Shown here piece after piece: positions 10,371 through 21,516 of a stretch of DNA of 64,000 nt; position 1 is the first letter of the stretch, and each line of letters opens with the position of its first letter. The DNA comes from Rebecca billardiae RCC1528. Its lineage: Eukaryota; Protista; Haptophyta. A model generated the notes under the pieces. That model ran no database searches, was not told where the DNA came from, and worked only from the letters and a program-made list of their open reading frames with translations. The stretch covers positions 372,001-436,000 of the forward strand of contig OZ251232.1 of assembly GCA_965240325.2 (NCBI GenBank). Direction: 5' to 3'. The translations under genes and the position numbers were made by a program.

Positions 10371-11360
10371 ATGGGGCTCGCATGCTCGAGGCGAAAGCCG
10401 AGGGAGGACACGGCGCCGCCGTCCACGCTCAAGCGTGAGGACACCGAGTCCATGGAGGCCGCCGCCGCCGTGTTCAAGGAGCACGAGCGCCGCGTCGCCG
10501 CGCTGCGCACGGGCGCGCGCCTCGCCGTCGGCGAGCAGGCCATGTGCAGCCCTGAGGGCAACGGCGTGTGGCGGCGTGGCGTGGTGACGAACGTGCGCGT
10601 GCGGAGCGACGGGAGCACGGCGTACGCACTCGAGCTTGACGACGGCACGCTACACGACAAAGTGAGCGGCGCGTCCGTCACCTACCCGCTCGCGTGCGAG
10701 CTGGGCGGCCGAGTGGCGGGCTTCTCAGCTCTCCTCGCGCGCTGGGAGCCGGCGACGCTGATAGGGACGGACGGCGACGGGCGACTACGCGTGCGGTGGG
10801 AGGAGGCGCCGTACGGCGCGCCGACCGACTGGCTCGAGCCGCCCAACGTGCGCCAGGCCTACGCCCTGCTCGACCCGGTCGAGATCGACTACTCCCGCGC
10901 CATGCCGCACTCGGCAGAGTCGCCCGCGCGCGCCGTGCGGCGTGCGGCGCGCGGCTCGAGGCGCACGGCGGGCGGCTCGAGCTCGGCGGTCGAGCGCACC
11001 ACGCGGCGCAGCCGGCTCACCACTGGCGCCTCCACCGGCGCCTCCACAGCCGTCTCCTCCGACTTTGCGGGCGCGGGCTCCGAGTCCGCGTTGGAATTCG
11101 ACACGTCGCCGCCCCCGCCGCCACCCGCCGCGGCACGCACGGCGCCGCCGCCGGACTGGCGGCCAGCTCACGTGGCAGGATGGTACCAGTCCGGCTGGCC
11201 CACAGCGTGGGAGGCGCCGTACGACGCGTACGACGTCGACGTGGGCAACGGCGCCATCGTGCGTGACGTGCAGCCCAGATTTCTGCGGCGCGCACGCCGG
11301 CCATGGACGCAGCAGGTCGCGCAGTGCGCACACGCGCTTGGCTTCCGCTGCTTGTGGTGA
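10371..11360 (+). CDS. Tudor/Agenet-like domain protein with putative N-myristoylation/palmitoylation motif
   Basis: Starts MGLACSRR. SH3-barrel-like segments: LAVGEQAMCSPEGNGVWRRGVVTNV...YALELDDG, WEPATLIG..DGRLRVRWEE, YDAYDVDVGNGAIVRDV. Confidence 0.55.
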   Translation: MGLACSRRKPREDTAPPSTLKREDTESMEAAAAVFKEHERRVAALRTGARLAVGEQAMCSPEGNGVWRRGVVTNVRVRSDGSTAYALELDDGTLHDKVSGASVTYPLACELGGRVAGFSALLARWEPATLIGTDGDGRLRVRWEEAPYGAPTDWLEPPNVRQAYALLDPVEIDYSRAMPHSAESPARAVRRAARGSRRTAGGSSSAVERTTRRSRLTTGASTGASTAVSSDFAGAGSESALEFDTSPPPPPPAAARTAPPPDWRPAHVAGWYQSGWPTAWEAPYDAYDVDVGNGAIVRDVQPRFLRRARRPWTQQVAQCAHALGFRCLW

Positions 11361-11384
11361 CACGCGGTGCCGCGCGTCTCGTGC

Positions 11385-11414
11385 GAGAGAGGGAGAGAGA
11401 GAGAGAGAGAGAGA
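11385..11414. repeat. (GA)n microsatellite
   Basis: Seen directly. Confidence 0.9.
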
Positions 11415-11520
11415 CGACGAGAGAGTTAGTAGGAGTAATTATAAATATAATAATACTATGTAATAACAGCAGCGCAGTCGATCTCTCGTCATCAATCGTC
11501 TCTCGGCTCTGTGTAGCCTG

Positions 11521-12863
11521 GGGTGAAAATCCCATTTTCTGGCCTGTCCGGGCGGAGAATCCGGCTGCTCAGATCTGACCGGACCGGGACCCGGACAGCA
11601 CAGTATCTAGGGACCAGACACTTTTACATCTTCGTTCTCTTCGGATTTGAGCATGGGGCGGCGCCCCATTTGCACAGTCAAAAGACCGCGGGTGTAAAAG
11701 CAACCGTTGTCGAGTTCGATGTAGCGGCTGGGCGAATTAGTGAATTAAAAAAACAATTCGAGACACTTGCGCCCACGGCCGCGATGGCGTGCCCGCCGTG
11801 CGCCGTCCACCCACGACGGAGTCGTGGACGGACATCGCTACACAGCCTACGCGACAGGCGTTGTCGTGATCGAGGTGCCCTTGCCCGTTGTCGATAGCCA
11901 AACGATTGGCACGACGACCTGGCACCACATCCGCGTCAAGCGCGGCGAGGCCGTGGTCCAGCGCGTGTGCGGCAAGCTGGCCGATGTGCGGACGGCGTCG
12001 GGTGGCGCAGGGGCTCCTGCCGATGCTACCTGGCGGCTGCTGCGGGGCCTGCTGCCGTGGTCGAGCCTGAGGCAGAGGGTGAGTCAACCGCGGAGCAGCT
12101 CAACGCTTCCGAGATCGAGCTGCGCGCGGTCGGACCAGATGACGGCCCGCGGCCGTCCAAGCGCACACGCAAGGACGCCTGAGCACACGCGTTCAGTCCG
12201 AGCAAAGCCTGGTCGGCGTACGAGCGCGAGCCAGCTCAGGCACGGCACGAGCGCACGCGTGACGGCTCGTACGATGAGCTCGTCGGCTTGGTCATCGGGC
12301 TGCTGTCGCTCGTCGCCTCGCTTGTCACGTCACACTCAGCTGAGCAGAGACATCACTCCCGCCGTTCAGCTGATCGACGAGGACGAGGCGGCCAAGGCGG
12401 CGGCGGCTCAAACGCCTGGAGGAGGAGCGCAGGAGGAGGATGAGCTCCCAGCGCTGAGCCTGTGGGGCCGCGCCGAGGCCAGGCACCGCGGCCAGCGGCT
12501 GCAGTCGCGGGTAGCTGCCGGACAGCAGCTCGGCGGCACACGCTCACTCATACGTCGATCCTCTTGCTCGAGAGTCGAGGCGGCGGGCAAGGTGCAGGCC
12601 GCACGCGAGCTTGCTGAGCGTGCGCAGGCCGAGCCGCAGCTGAGCCCCGAGGGTGCTCGGGACGCCGCGTGCGCAAGCAGGCCGCCTCGCAGCACTTGGT
12701 GCTTCGCATAATAACTACGCTGGTACTACTACCCGAAATAATTTCTTCGCACTGCGTACGCGCTTTATTCCCTTTCTTATTATTTTATTCCTTATTCGCG
12801 TATTAAATGCCGCTTTTCCGCCTCCCCAGTGCGGAAGTGCGCCAGAAAATGGGAATTCCACCC
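11521..12863. mobile_element. Sola2-like non-autonomous DNA transposon
   Basis: Imperfect 23-bp TIR GGGTGAAAATCCCATTTTCTGGC / GCCAGAAAATGGGAATTCCACCC; 4-bp TSD CCTG (11517-11520/12864-12867). GRG..CYC ends with a 4-bp TSD fit Sola2. Confidence 0.7.
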
Positions 12864-13301
12864 CCTGTCTCTCTCGTGATGCGTCTCATCTATATATATA
12901 TATGACTTACTAAGTAACTAAGTATAGTCAGTCAGTCAGTATCACTCAGTGACAGTATGACCCGTGAGGCCCGCCCGTCCGCCCGCGCGGCGCGCGCCAC
13001 CGTAGTCCAGCAGGGTACGTGTCCGTTATTCATCGGCGCGGACTGAGTTATTAAGGTTTATTCGTGCGCGCGCCGTCGTCACGGTCGTGCCGGTCCCGTG
13101 CCCGTGGCCGTGGCCGTCAGGCCGTGGCCGGCGTGGGTGTGGGGCCCGTGGCGCGGCGTCGTGACGTTCACGTGGGCGGGGCGGGGCCCGCATCTGCCAA
13201 ACACGTCGCCGTTGACGATGACGAATGGTACGTATGATGCAATGGTGTACAATGCGTCGGCCTCCTCTGCCAGGTCCTCTGCGCGGCGCGGCGTGCACCC
13301 A

Positions 13302-15209
13302 TCAGAGCCATGGCGGCAGCGAGGACGCAGTCCGCGCGAAGCGCAGCGCGTCTGCGCGCGCGGCGACGGCGAGCAGCACGGCGGCTGCGAGCGCGAGCGC
13401 GCTGAGCACGGCCCAGCGCGCGCCGCCCGGGTGCACCGCGAGCTGGCGGGCGAGCGAGCCCGCGCCCCACCAGCGCGCGGGCGCGGCGCTGGACGCGCGC
13501 ATCGTCACGCCGCCGCGCCAGCGCTCACGCATCGCAAAGTCGACCAGGTGCACGCGGCCGCGCTGCGTGCCCACCACGCACACGTCCCAGCGCGCGAGCA
13601 GCGCGCTCGGGCTGATCACGAGCGGGAGGCGCACGACGCGCGCCGTGCGCCGCTCGGCCGGCTCGGAGGAGGCGTCGGAGAGGAGGAGGAGGTGCGCGCC
13701 GACGCGCGCGGCGGGCGGTGCGCGCGCGTGCGGCAGCGGCGGCGGGCGGCAGCCGACCACCGCCGCGCGCACGTCGGGCAGCAGCGCCATGCACGCCGCG
13801 CGCTGCTCCAGCCCCACGCTCAGGCTGCGCGTGCGCGGGTGTTCGAACGGAGGGCTCTCGGTGGTGGGCGCGGCGTGCGGCGGCGGCGGCTTGGCCTCGG
13901 CGGAGGGCGCGTGCTCGCGCATGGCGAGCTGCACGCCGGCGGCGGAGCACAGCCCGAACGCGCCGTCCGCGAGCGCCGCGCCCACCACGCCGCGCACGTC
14001 CCGGGCGAGCGCCTGCTGCTGCTGCTGCATCAGCGCGGCCAGAGGGTCTGCGGGCGCGCCGGCCTGCGCGGGCCGCGCGCCGAGCGCGCGGCCGAGCGCC
14101 GCCCACGCGCCGCGCACGCCGGCGCGCAGCCGCGCGCGCGGCGCGGCGTGGGCCGCGCGCGCGTGCGCCGCCGACTGCGGCCCGCCGTGCTCGACCACCG
14201 GCTCCACCACCTCCTCGCCCGCGTACGAGCTCACCGCCGGGATCCGGAGCGGCGGCGCGGCGCCGCCGCCCGGCGCGCCGCCCGGCGCGTCGGCGTCGCC
14301 GTCGGCGTCCGACTCGTCCGAGCTGGCGCCGTCGTCGGAGGAGGCGCCGCTGGCGCCGGGCTCGGCGGCGCGCTCGGCGGCGGCGGCGGGGTCGCGCGGC
14401 GTGACGAACTCGCAGCGCGTGCCGTCCGCGTACGCCGCAGTCGTCACCGTGCCGCCGAGCGCGTCGGGCGGCGAGACGGCCAGCGCGAGCACGGGCGCGC
14501 GCGCGCGGCGCGTGCGCACGCGCGCGCTCGCGCGCAGCTCGCGGAGGTCCCACCAGGCGACGGTGCCCTCGCCGCCCGCGCTGACGAGCACGTTCTCGGA
14601 CGCGAGCGCGAGCGCCATCACGCACCGCGCGTGCGCCCCCTCCACCGTCGCCGTGCACGCGCCCGTGCGCAGGTCCCAGCAGCGGATCGCCTTGTCCCAC
14701 CCGCCCGACACGAGCAGCTGGCGGCTGCGCACGACGAGGAGCGAGCGGATGGAGCCGCGGTGGCCGTGGAGGACGTGGACGTCGCGCCCCGTGCGCAGGT
14801 CCCACACGCGGATGCAGTGGTCGCTGCCGCCCGTCGCCAGCACGTCGTCGTCGAGCGCCAGCGCCTCGGTTGCGCCCATGCGCGTGGGCGGGAGCGTCGG
14901 CGTCAGGTCGTACATGCGCACGAGCGCGTCGTCCGAGCACCAGTTGGCGAGGGCGGCGCGCCGTGTCTTGTGCGCCTCGAGCACGCACCCGCGCGCGCCG
15001 TCGGCACCGTCCGCCGCCGCCGCGCGCGCGGCGCTCTCGAGCGTGCGCGCGCCGCCAAAGTGGGGCGCCCACAGGCCCCATGCGTGCGGGCCGGTGAAGA
15101 CGGCGTGGTGGACGGCGCGGCAGGTGGCGGCGCACGCGGCGAGGTCCTCGGCGTTGCGCACGTGCGTGAGCAGGACGTGGAGCACGTCGTTCGGCAGGGC
15201 GGCGAGCAT
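13302..15209 (-). CDS. F-box/WD40 repeat protein with C-terminal hydrophobic segment
   Basis: F-box MLAALPNDVLHVLLTHV..AEDLAACAATCR; WD40 repeats LATGGSDHCIRVWDL, LHGHRGSIRSL..LVSGGWDKAIRCWDL, LVSAGGEGTVAWWDL. Confidence 0.85.
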   Translation of the reverse strand: MLAALPNDVLHVLLTHVRNAEDLAACAATCRAVHHAVFTGPHAWGLWAPHFGGARTLESAARAAAADGADGARGCVLEAHKTRRAALANWCSDDALVRMYDLTPTLPPTRMGATEALALDDDVLATGGSDHCIRVWDLRTGRDVHVLHGHRGSIRSLLVVRSRQLLVSGGWDKAIRCWDLRTGACTATVEGAHARCVMALALASENVLVSAGGEGTVAWWDLRELRASARVRTRRARAPVLALAVSPPDALGGTVTTAAYADGTRCEFVTPRDPAAAAERAAEPGASGASSDDGASSDESDADGDADAPGGAPGGGAAPPLRIPAVSSYAGEEVVEPVVEHGGPQSAAHARAAHAAPRARLRAGVRGAWAALGRALGARPAQAGAPADPLAALMQQQQQALARDVRGVVGAALADGAFGLCSAAGVQLAMREHAPSAEAKPPPPHAAPTTESPPFEHPRTRSLSVGLEQRAACMALLPDVRAAVVGCRPPPLPHARAPPAARVGAHLLLLSDASSEPAERRTARVVRLPLVISPSALLARWDVCVVGTQRGRVHLVDFAMRERWRGGVTMRASSAAPARWWGAGSLARQLAVHPGGARWAVLSALALAAAVLLAVAARADALRFARTASSLPPWL

Positions 15210-15833
15210 GGCGGCTGGCGCGTGCGTGGACGTGATGAGGGCGGCAGCGCTGCTGGCAGATCGGTCGGCGCCAACCACCCGGTGGGACTCTTCGGCCACT
15301 TTCGGGGACCGGTCCGACTACCGGCATCGTGCCAACAACGCGGGGTGACGTCACGTTTTTCTTTTGGTTTTCGCTTTTCCGACAACAGCAAATCTAGCTC
15401 CTCAGACCGCACCGTGTCCGTGGTTAGCCGCTAAGCCGGAGCGGTATGGTAGCAGGTAGAAGCCGGATTGATGTCTGCGACAGAATCTGCGACGATGAGC
15501 AGGCGAGCAGGCGAGCAGGTAGTGAGCAGTAGTCAGATGAATGTATGATACAGTATCGCGCATCGTCCGCGCGAATCGGCGCAGCACTGGCGGCCGTTCT
15601 TCACGCGCGCGGAACGATGACGGCGTGGTGACACTGACACTTGACAGGGTGACCACACTCGGCGACAGCGCCGACAGCCGGGAGAGGCGGGGAGAGCGGT
15701 CGGAGACTGTGCTGTTGGGACGAGAAGACCGGGGGCGTGGCGGTGAGTCGGAATGCGGCCGCCGATGCCGCGATGCCGCGATGCGCCTCATGAGTCATGC
15801 GTCATGCAGCCGCAGGCGAGGCGGCGGCTCCGG

Positions 15834-18800
15834 TCAGCGCACAGGCTGCGGGGCGGGCGGCGCGCGCTGCGTGACCGGCGAGTTCCGGCGGCCCGCCGAG
15901 CGCTGCACCGCCCGCCGCCGCGCAAAGATGCTCGGGCTGGGGTTGCGATCGGCGGCCGCTGCGCCCACCAACGCTGCGCCTGACACTGGCAAGCCGCCGC
16001 CGCCGCCGCCGGCGGCACTCGGCGCGCCGCCGGCCGCGCCGGCAGCAGCAGCTGCTGCCGCCGCCGCCGCGCCGCTGCTCGCGCCGCCGCCGGGCGCGGC
16101 GGCGGCGGCGGTGGGCGCGGGCGCGCCGCCACCGCCCGACGCCGCGCTCGCGCCCACGATGGGCGCGCTCAACGCCGCGCCGCCCGAGGTGGCGGCGGCC
16201 GCGCCCGAGCCCGCGTCCGCGCCCGCGCGCCGCGCGCCGCCCGGCCCCGCCTTTGCGGGCGGCCGCCGCGGCGCGGGCGGCGAGAAGGGCACATGGAGCT
16301 TGTGGAAGAAGCCCAGCTTGCGCATCGGCTGGTGCGCGCCGGCCGCCGCGCCGGCGGCCGCGCCGAGCGCGCGCGCGCCCGCGGCGGGGAGCGCCTCGGC
16401 GGCGCGGCCGGCGCGCGGCGCGTCGGGCGCGGGCGCGCCGCCGCGCGCGCCGCGCGGGTGCGGTAGCGTGAGCAGAGCCATGCCTTGCGTGCGCAGCTGG
16501 TGCGCGGCGGCGGCGGCGGCGTCGCGCGGCGGCGGCGGCGGCCTGTGCAGGACGCGCGCCAGCCTCGCCGCCGCCTCCTCGCACGCCACCGCCGCCTCGC
16601 GGTACGCCGAGTGCGCCTCCCAGAACGCCTCGTACTCGGAGAGCTCCAGAAGCTCCTCCTCGCGGTCCCACGCGGACGCGGCGCTGAGCGCGGACGGGCC
16701 GCCGCCCTGCGGCGCCGCGTCGATGGCGGCGGCCGCATCCTCGAAGAGGCCGAAGCTCAGCTCCGCCGCGCGGTCGAGCGAGTCCATCGCGGCGCGCGCG
16801 CGCGCGAGCCGCCGCGTCGCGCGCGCGCCGAGGGCCGCCTGGATGCGCCGCGCGGCGCGCTGCCGGCGCGCGGCGCGGGCGCGCCACGTGTGCTGCACGC
16901 GCCGAGCGCCGCGCGCGCGCCGCAGCGCGCTCAGCCGCGCGACGGGCCAGCTGCGCCGCGCGTCGCACCCGCGCCAGCGCGCCTGCACGCGCACGCTCGC
17001 GACGTGCAGCTCGGCCTCGCGCGCCCAGCGGTACAGCCAGATGCGGTCGGCGGCGAGCGTGAGCGCGGCGTGCCGCGCGCGGCCGTCGGCGCGCGCGGCC
17101 GCGCCGAGCCGCCAGCGCCGCGCAAACAGCCGCAGCTGCCAGCGCCGGCGCACGATGCGCAGCGCCGCGCGCTGGATGCTGAGCGCGGCCGCGTCGCGCG
17201 CGCTCACGATCAGCACGCCGGCGGGGGGCGGCACGCCGCCGGCCGCGGCGAGCGCCGGCGCCGCCACGGGCGCAGACGCGGCCGCCGCCGCAGCGGCCGC
17301 GTCGGGCGCGCCCGTGGCGGCGGCAGCGGCGGCGGCGCCGCCGCCGCCGCCGCCGCCTCGCGCGCTCGGCGCGGCGCTGGGCGGGGCGCGCGCGCTCGGA
17401 GCGCCGAACGAGCGGCGGAGGCGAGGCGCGCGTCGGCCGCTCGCCGGCTCGGAGGCCGGCGGCGTGGGGACGGACGGCGTCGCGTGGCCACTCGGCGGGG
17501 CGACCGGCGGCGGCGGGAGCTTGGGGGCATGCGCTGCCGCCGCCTCGGCCGCAGGCGCGCCGTCTGGTGCCGAGCCGCCGTCGGCGGCCGCCGCGCCGCC
17601 GGACGCGCCGCCGCCGTCGGTTTGCGAGAAGGCGGCGGCGGCGGCGGCAGCGGCGGCGGCGGCGGCGGCGGCGGCGCTACCGCCGCCGGCCGGCCCGCCT
17701 GGCCCCGCCCTCGAGCTCGCCGAGGAGCTCGACGTGCCACGCGGCGTGCCGCACGCCGCGGTGGGCGCGGCTCGGGAGCGCGGGAGCGGCGGCGGCGGCG
17801 GCGGCGGCGGGCGGCGCGGCGGAGAGACCCCGGCGGGCGCGACGGCTCGCCTCGCGGTCTGCGAGCCCGAGCCGCCGGGCTGCGACGAGCGCGCGAACCA
17901 GACCCACGGCTGCAGCCGCCGTCGCGTCATCCCGCGCGACGTCGCCGGCTTGGGGCCCCACGTGCGCGCGCGCTGCACGCCAGCGGAGCGCGGGGAGTTG
18001 AGCGCGCGCGCGCCGCTCGGCGCACCGGTGCCCGCGCCCGCCGCCGGGGCGGCTGCGGCACCCGCGGCGGCATCGGCAGGGAGTGTGGAGCTCAGCGCCG
18101 CCGCGCCGGCGGCGCCGGCGGCACTGCTGCCAGCGGGCGTGCCCGCCGTGCCGCCGGAGGCCGCGGCAGCGACAGGCGTGCCGCCGCCGCCGCCGTCGCC
18201 GCCGCCGGCCGCGCCCGTCGCGGCCGCCGCCGGCGCGGCCGCAGGCAGGCCGGCTGGCGCGGCGGCAGCGTCGTCGGTGGTGTGGCTGGACGCGGTGGAC
18301 GAGGTGGCCAGCACGAGCGCCTTGCTGCCCGCCGTCGGCACGCCGGGCAGCGGCCCCGTGGCCGCCCGACCCCCCAAGTGGAGCGCGGTGGGCGCGCGGG
18401 AGGCGACGCCGCGCGCGGCCTCGGCCTGTGCTGCCGCCTCCGCCGCCCACGCCGCCCACACGGCGCGCGCGCGCGAGGCCTGCGAGCGCTCGCGCAGCGC
18501 GCGGAGGGCATCGGCCTGCTCCGCCCACACGCACCACGCCGCGCGCACGCGCGCGCGCAGCGGCAGCCGGCCGCGCCGGAACGCGCGGCCGATGCGCGCG
18601 GCGGCCGCGTGCTGCGCGTCGGCGGCATCCATCGGGTGCGCCTCCGCCGGGCTCGAGCTGGGAGGCCTGTGCTCGCCCGTGAGCCCGCGGAAGCGCGCGA
18701 AGAAGGACGTGGACGTCGTGCGCCGCTTCTTCGCGGGCGCCACCGCCGGCGCGTGCGCCTGCGCGCTCGCAAACGTGCGCGCGAGCGAGCGTGACTCTGC

Positions 18801-19097
18801 GAGCACGCGCGCCTCACGCCGCCACTCGCGCCACGTGGTGCGGAAGGCGAGCGCAGAGACGCGCGCGGCGAGGCGGGTCGCGCGGACGCGTGGCAGGCTG
18901 TACGCCGCGAGCGCCCAGAGCCCGTGCCTCAGCTCGCGCCGACGTGCGAGCCACGCGCGCGCGGCAGTCTGCAGCAGCAGAACCGCCTCGGCCTCGCGCA
19001 CGCGCAGTGAGACCTGCACGGCCGTCGGGCCGGTCATCGAGCGGAGCCGGTCGAACCACGTGGCCGCTGCGGCACTGGGCGTGACCGTGGAGAGCAT
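15834..19097 (-). CDS. Low-complexity protein with several IQ (calmodulin-binding)-like motifs
   Basis: AVLLLQTAARAWLARR, ASVRVQARWRGCDARR, ARRVQHTWRARAARR, AARRIQAALGA; first ATG at 19097. Confidence 0.6.
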   Translation of the reverse strand: MLSTVTPSAAAATWFDRLRSMTGPTAVQVSLRVREAEAVLLLQTAARAWLARRRELRHGLWALAAYSLPRVRATRLAARVSALAFRTTWREWRREARVLAESRSLARTFASAQAHAPAVAPAKKRRTTSTSFFARFRGLTGEHRPPSSSPAEAHPMDAADAQHAAAARIGRAFRRGRLPLRARVRAAWCVWAEQADALRALRERSQASRARAVWAAWAAEAAAQAEAARGVASRAPTALHLGGRAATGPLPGVPTAGSKALVLATSSTASSHTTDDAAAAPAGLPAAAPAAAATGAAGGGDGGGGGTPVAAAASGGTAGTPAGSSAAGAAGAAALSSTLPADAAAGAAAAPAAGAGTGAPSGARALNSPRSAGVQRARTWGPKPATSRGMTRRRLQPWVWFARSSQPGGSGSQTARRAVAPAGVSPPRRPPPPPPPPLPRSRAAPTAACGTPRGTSSSSASSRAGPGGPAGGGSAAAAAAAAAAAAAAAFSQTDGGGASGGAAAADGGSAPDGAPAAEAAAAHAPKLPPPPVAPPSGHATPSVPTPPASEPASGRRAPRLRRSFGAPSARAPPSAAPSARGGGGGGGAAAAAAATGAPDAAAAAAAASAPVAAPALAAAGGVPPPAGVLIVSARDAAALSIQRAALRIVRRRWQLRLFARRWRLGAAARADGRARHAALTLAADRIWLYRWAREAELHVASVRVQARWRGCDARRSWPVARLSALRRARGARRVQHTWRARAARRQRAARRIQAALGARATRRLARARAAMDSLDRAAELSFGLFEDAAAAIDAAPQGGGPSALSAASAWDREEELLELSEYEAFWEAHSAYREAAVACEEAAARLARVLHRPPPPPRDAAAAAAHQLRTQGMALLTLPHPRGARGGAPAPDAPRAGRAAEALPAAGARALGAAAGAAAGAHQPMRKLGFFHKLHVPFSPPAPRRPPAKAGPGGARRAGADAGSGAAAATSGGAALSAPIVGASAASGGGGAPAPTAAAAAPGGGASSGAAAAAAAAAAGAAGGAPSAAGGGGGGLPVSGAALVGAAAADRNPSPSIFARRRAVQRSAGRRNSPVTQRAPPAPQPVR

Positions 19098-19663
19098 GCC
19101 GCTCCCCACCCGGGCAAGCGCGTCTCGTGCGCTCCCCCCCCGCCGGCGGCCGAATTAACGAACGCCGTGGGGCCGGGGGGCTGAATCAGCGCCCCTTCTG
19201 TTGGGCGGCCGGCCTGCCCAGCGAAGCTCCGGCTTACTTACTGGTACCAAATGATGCAGCTGTCATTGGCAAGCTTTTTCCCTAGCACGGCGGTAGCGGG
19301 GGTAGGTCTGTCCGCTCACTGGACCAATCAGCGAGGACAACGGCCAAGGAAGCTATCCGAACGCGACGGTTCTCGTCAATAGGTTAATGTTCATCATTAG
19401 TCATCACGCCGAACCGCTCCAGCGTCGCCGCACCCGCGCTCCACCGCATCTCGAGCAATCTTCACCCTGTGTCTCCGGACCAAGGCCAGCGTCCGGGAGA
19501 AAAAACAGCGCTTTGCGTTGGCGCGCTTTTCTCGGCCGGCCGGCGGCGCGGGCGGTGGAGGTCGTAGGCGCCGTTGCGCCGCCGTCTCTCGGCCGGGGCC
19601 GCGAGCGGTCGCGGTGGCGCTGGTGCCGGGCAGCAGCCTTGGCTGTGAGAGAGGACTTGCGCC

Positions 19664-20683
19664 ATGTCCACGGCTGTGGGCCCGGTCGGCGGCCTCGCGC
19701 TCTTCGCGTCGATCATGGCGCCGGCGAGCTTCTTCCTCGGGTTTGCGGTTGCAACCGCGGGGTTTACGTGCTGGAACCTCGTGATGCCGCTGCTGTTCAA
19801 CTGGCTTGGCTTCGAGCTGTTCGACGCGCTCTTCCTGTCCGTCGCGATGGACACCGTCAGCTCCCTCGTCCTCGTCCTCGTCTACCTCGAGCACGGCAAG
19901 GTGGACAAGCAGTTCGTCCTGTACTTTGGCGGCATCGCCGCGACGACTGCAGCCGTCTCCTCGCGAATGAGCGATTCGTTCCTGAAAGCGCACACGTCGG
20001 TGCTGCGCGGCTCAGTGGGCTGCGTGCCCCTCTTCTTTGGGGTCATCTTCCTCATGCGCGCTGTGCGCGAGCGGCGCAAACAGCTCGCGTTCGTGGGCAC
20101 CGCCTCACAACAGCCCTCGAGAGACTCACTCAGCCCACGCGACAGCGAGAACGCCAAGGCGCTGGTCGCGCGCGTCGCGTCCAACTCGTCCACCTCAGGA
20201 TTTGTGGGAGATCGCATGTTCTCGGAGATCCTCCACGGACCCGGCGCCAAGGCCAACCCGGCCACACCGCGCAGCGTGAAAGTGACGTTGACCGCAGTGC
20301 TGCTCGGCGTGCTTGGTACGGTGTGCGGCATCGTCGGCTCGGGCGGGGGCGTCATGTACGTATCAGTCATCATGTTCATCTGGTCCGTCGACGACCTGCC
20401 GCTGGCAACTGGCACGGGGGTCGCCCTGATGTGCTTCCAATGCGCCGCTCTGCTCGCCGACTTTGTGGACAAGCCGCGCGTGCTCCGGCACGAGATGGTG
20501 CAGTACTGCGCAATCGTGCTGCCGTGCTGCATGGCGGGTGCGGTCGCCGCGTCGCAGGCACTGCTGTGCATGTCGAAATCTGCCGTCAACCTGACCGTCG
20601 CTTTCGTCTCGTTTGCGCTCGGCGCAGTCATCACGCTCACCTCGCTGAGCAGTGCACCGGCCGGCACACCAGCCGCGCTCTGA
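19664..20683 (+). CDS. Sulfite exporter TauE/SafE (TSUP) family membrane protein
   Basis: Two 4-TM halves; GTVCGIVGSGGGVMYV...ATGTG motif. Confidence 0.8.
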   Translation: MSTAVGPVGGLALFASIMAPASFFLGFAVATAGFTCWNLVMPLLFNWLGFELFDALFLSVAMDTVSSLVLVLVYLEHGKVDKQFVLYFGGIAATTAAVSSRMSDSFLKAHTSVLRGSVGCVPLFFGVIFLMRAVRERRKQLAFVGTASQQPSRDSLSPRDSENAKALVARVASNSSTSGFVGDRMFSEILHGPGAKANPATPRSVKVTLTAVLLGVLGTVCGIVGSGGGVMYVSVIMFIWSVDDLPLATGTGVALMCFQCAALLADFVDKPRVLRHEMVQYCAIVLPCCMAGAVAASQALLCMSKSAVNLTVAFVSFALGAVITLTSLSSAPAGTPAAL

Positions 20684-21516
20684 GTGAGCCTGCCGCCACG
20701 GTCCGGTGGTCTATAGTGGTCACTTTACTCTAGCTGCACGACCGTTGGTCTGATCAGACATAGTTCGACCGTACGGAGTCTGCTGGCCTCAGGCGGCGGT
20801 GAGCACTAGCATATATATTCGTCCAATTTTTCTAAACTGCCAACGCGTCTGACGCAGACGGTGACGGCACGGACGGGTGCTGAGACGACGAGAGTTGATT
20901 CAGGTCGATCATCTCCCATCTGCACGGCCACTGCGCCGACCGGCATCACCCTGCTTCAACTGCGGTGATTATTCCGGGCTTATGCGCCGCGCGCTAAATA
21001 CTATATATGTATATATATATAATATTATTACTGAATACTACTGTGCGAACGTTCGGATTCATCTCCGATCCGCTATACAGTAGTTCACCGCTTCGCTCAT
21101 CAAAGTCATTACCGCCCCGCTGCCGTGCCATCAGGAAGCTCTAGGTGACTGGCCCTTCGCGCGGCCTCGCTCGGGCGGCGGTTGGCGATTGAGCGAGGTG
21201 TCAGGTGGCGGCGGCGGCGGCGTACAGCTGATGAGTCCGGGAGCGCCCGCCCCAGCGCGCGCCACCCGCCGAAAAGCTGCATCGCAGTCCGTCGCCGCTA
21301 CAGTAACTTATTTGTTTTAACGTGCGTAAGGCTCACGGTGGCAGGTTGCAGCGCCATCTGCTTCATCGCACGCTCTCCGTAACAAGCTAGTGACGTTCAG
21401 ATTTATTTATTGGGCGCGGCGGATGGCCGATCCCGCGACGAGGCGGTCTCGGAATCAGGGACCCGGGGCCGGGGTTGGTGTGATTAAGGTGACGCCGCGG
21501 AATTATTAACACTATA

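Noticed and set aside
15541-19158. 1205-aa plus-strand ORF and many other Arg/Ala-rich ORFs
   Set aside because: Shadow ORFs caused by extreme GC content; recognisable motifs lie in the opposite or an alternative frame.
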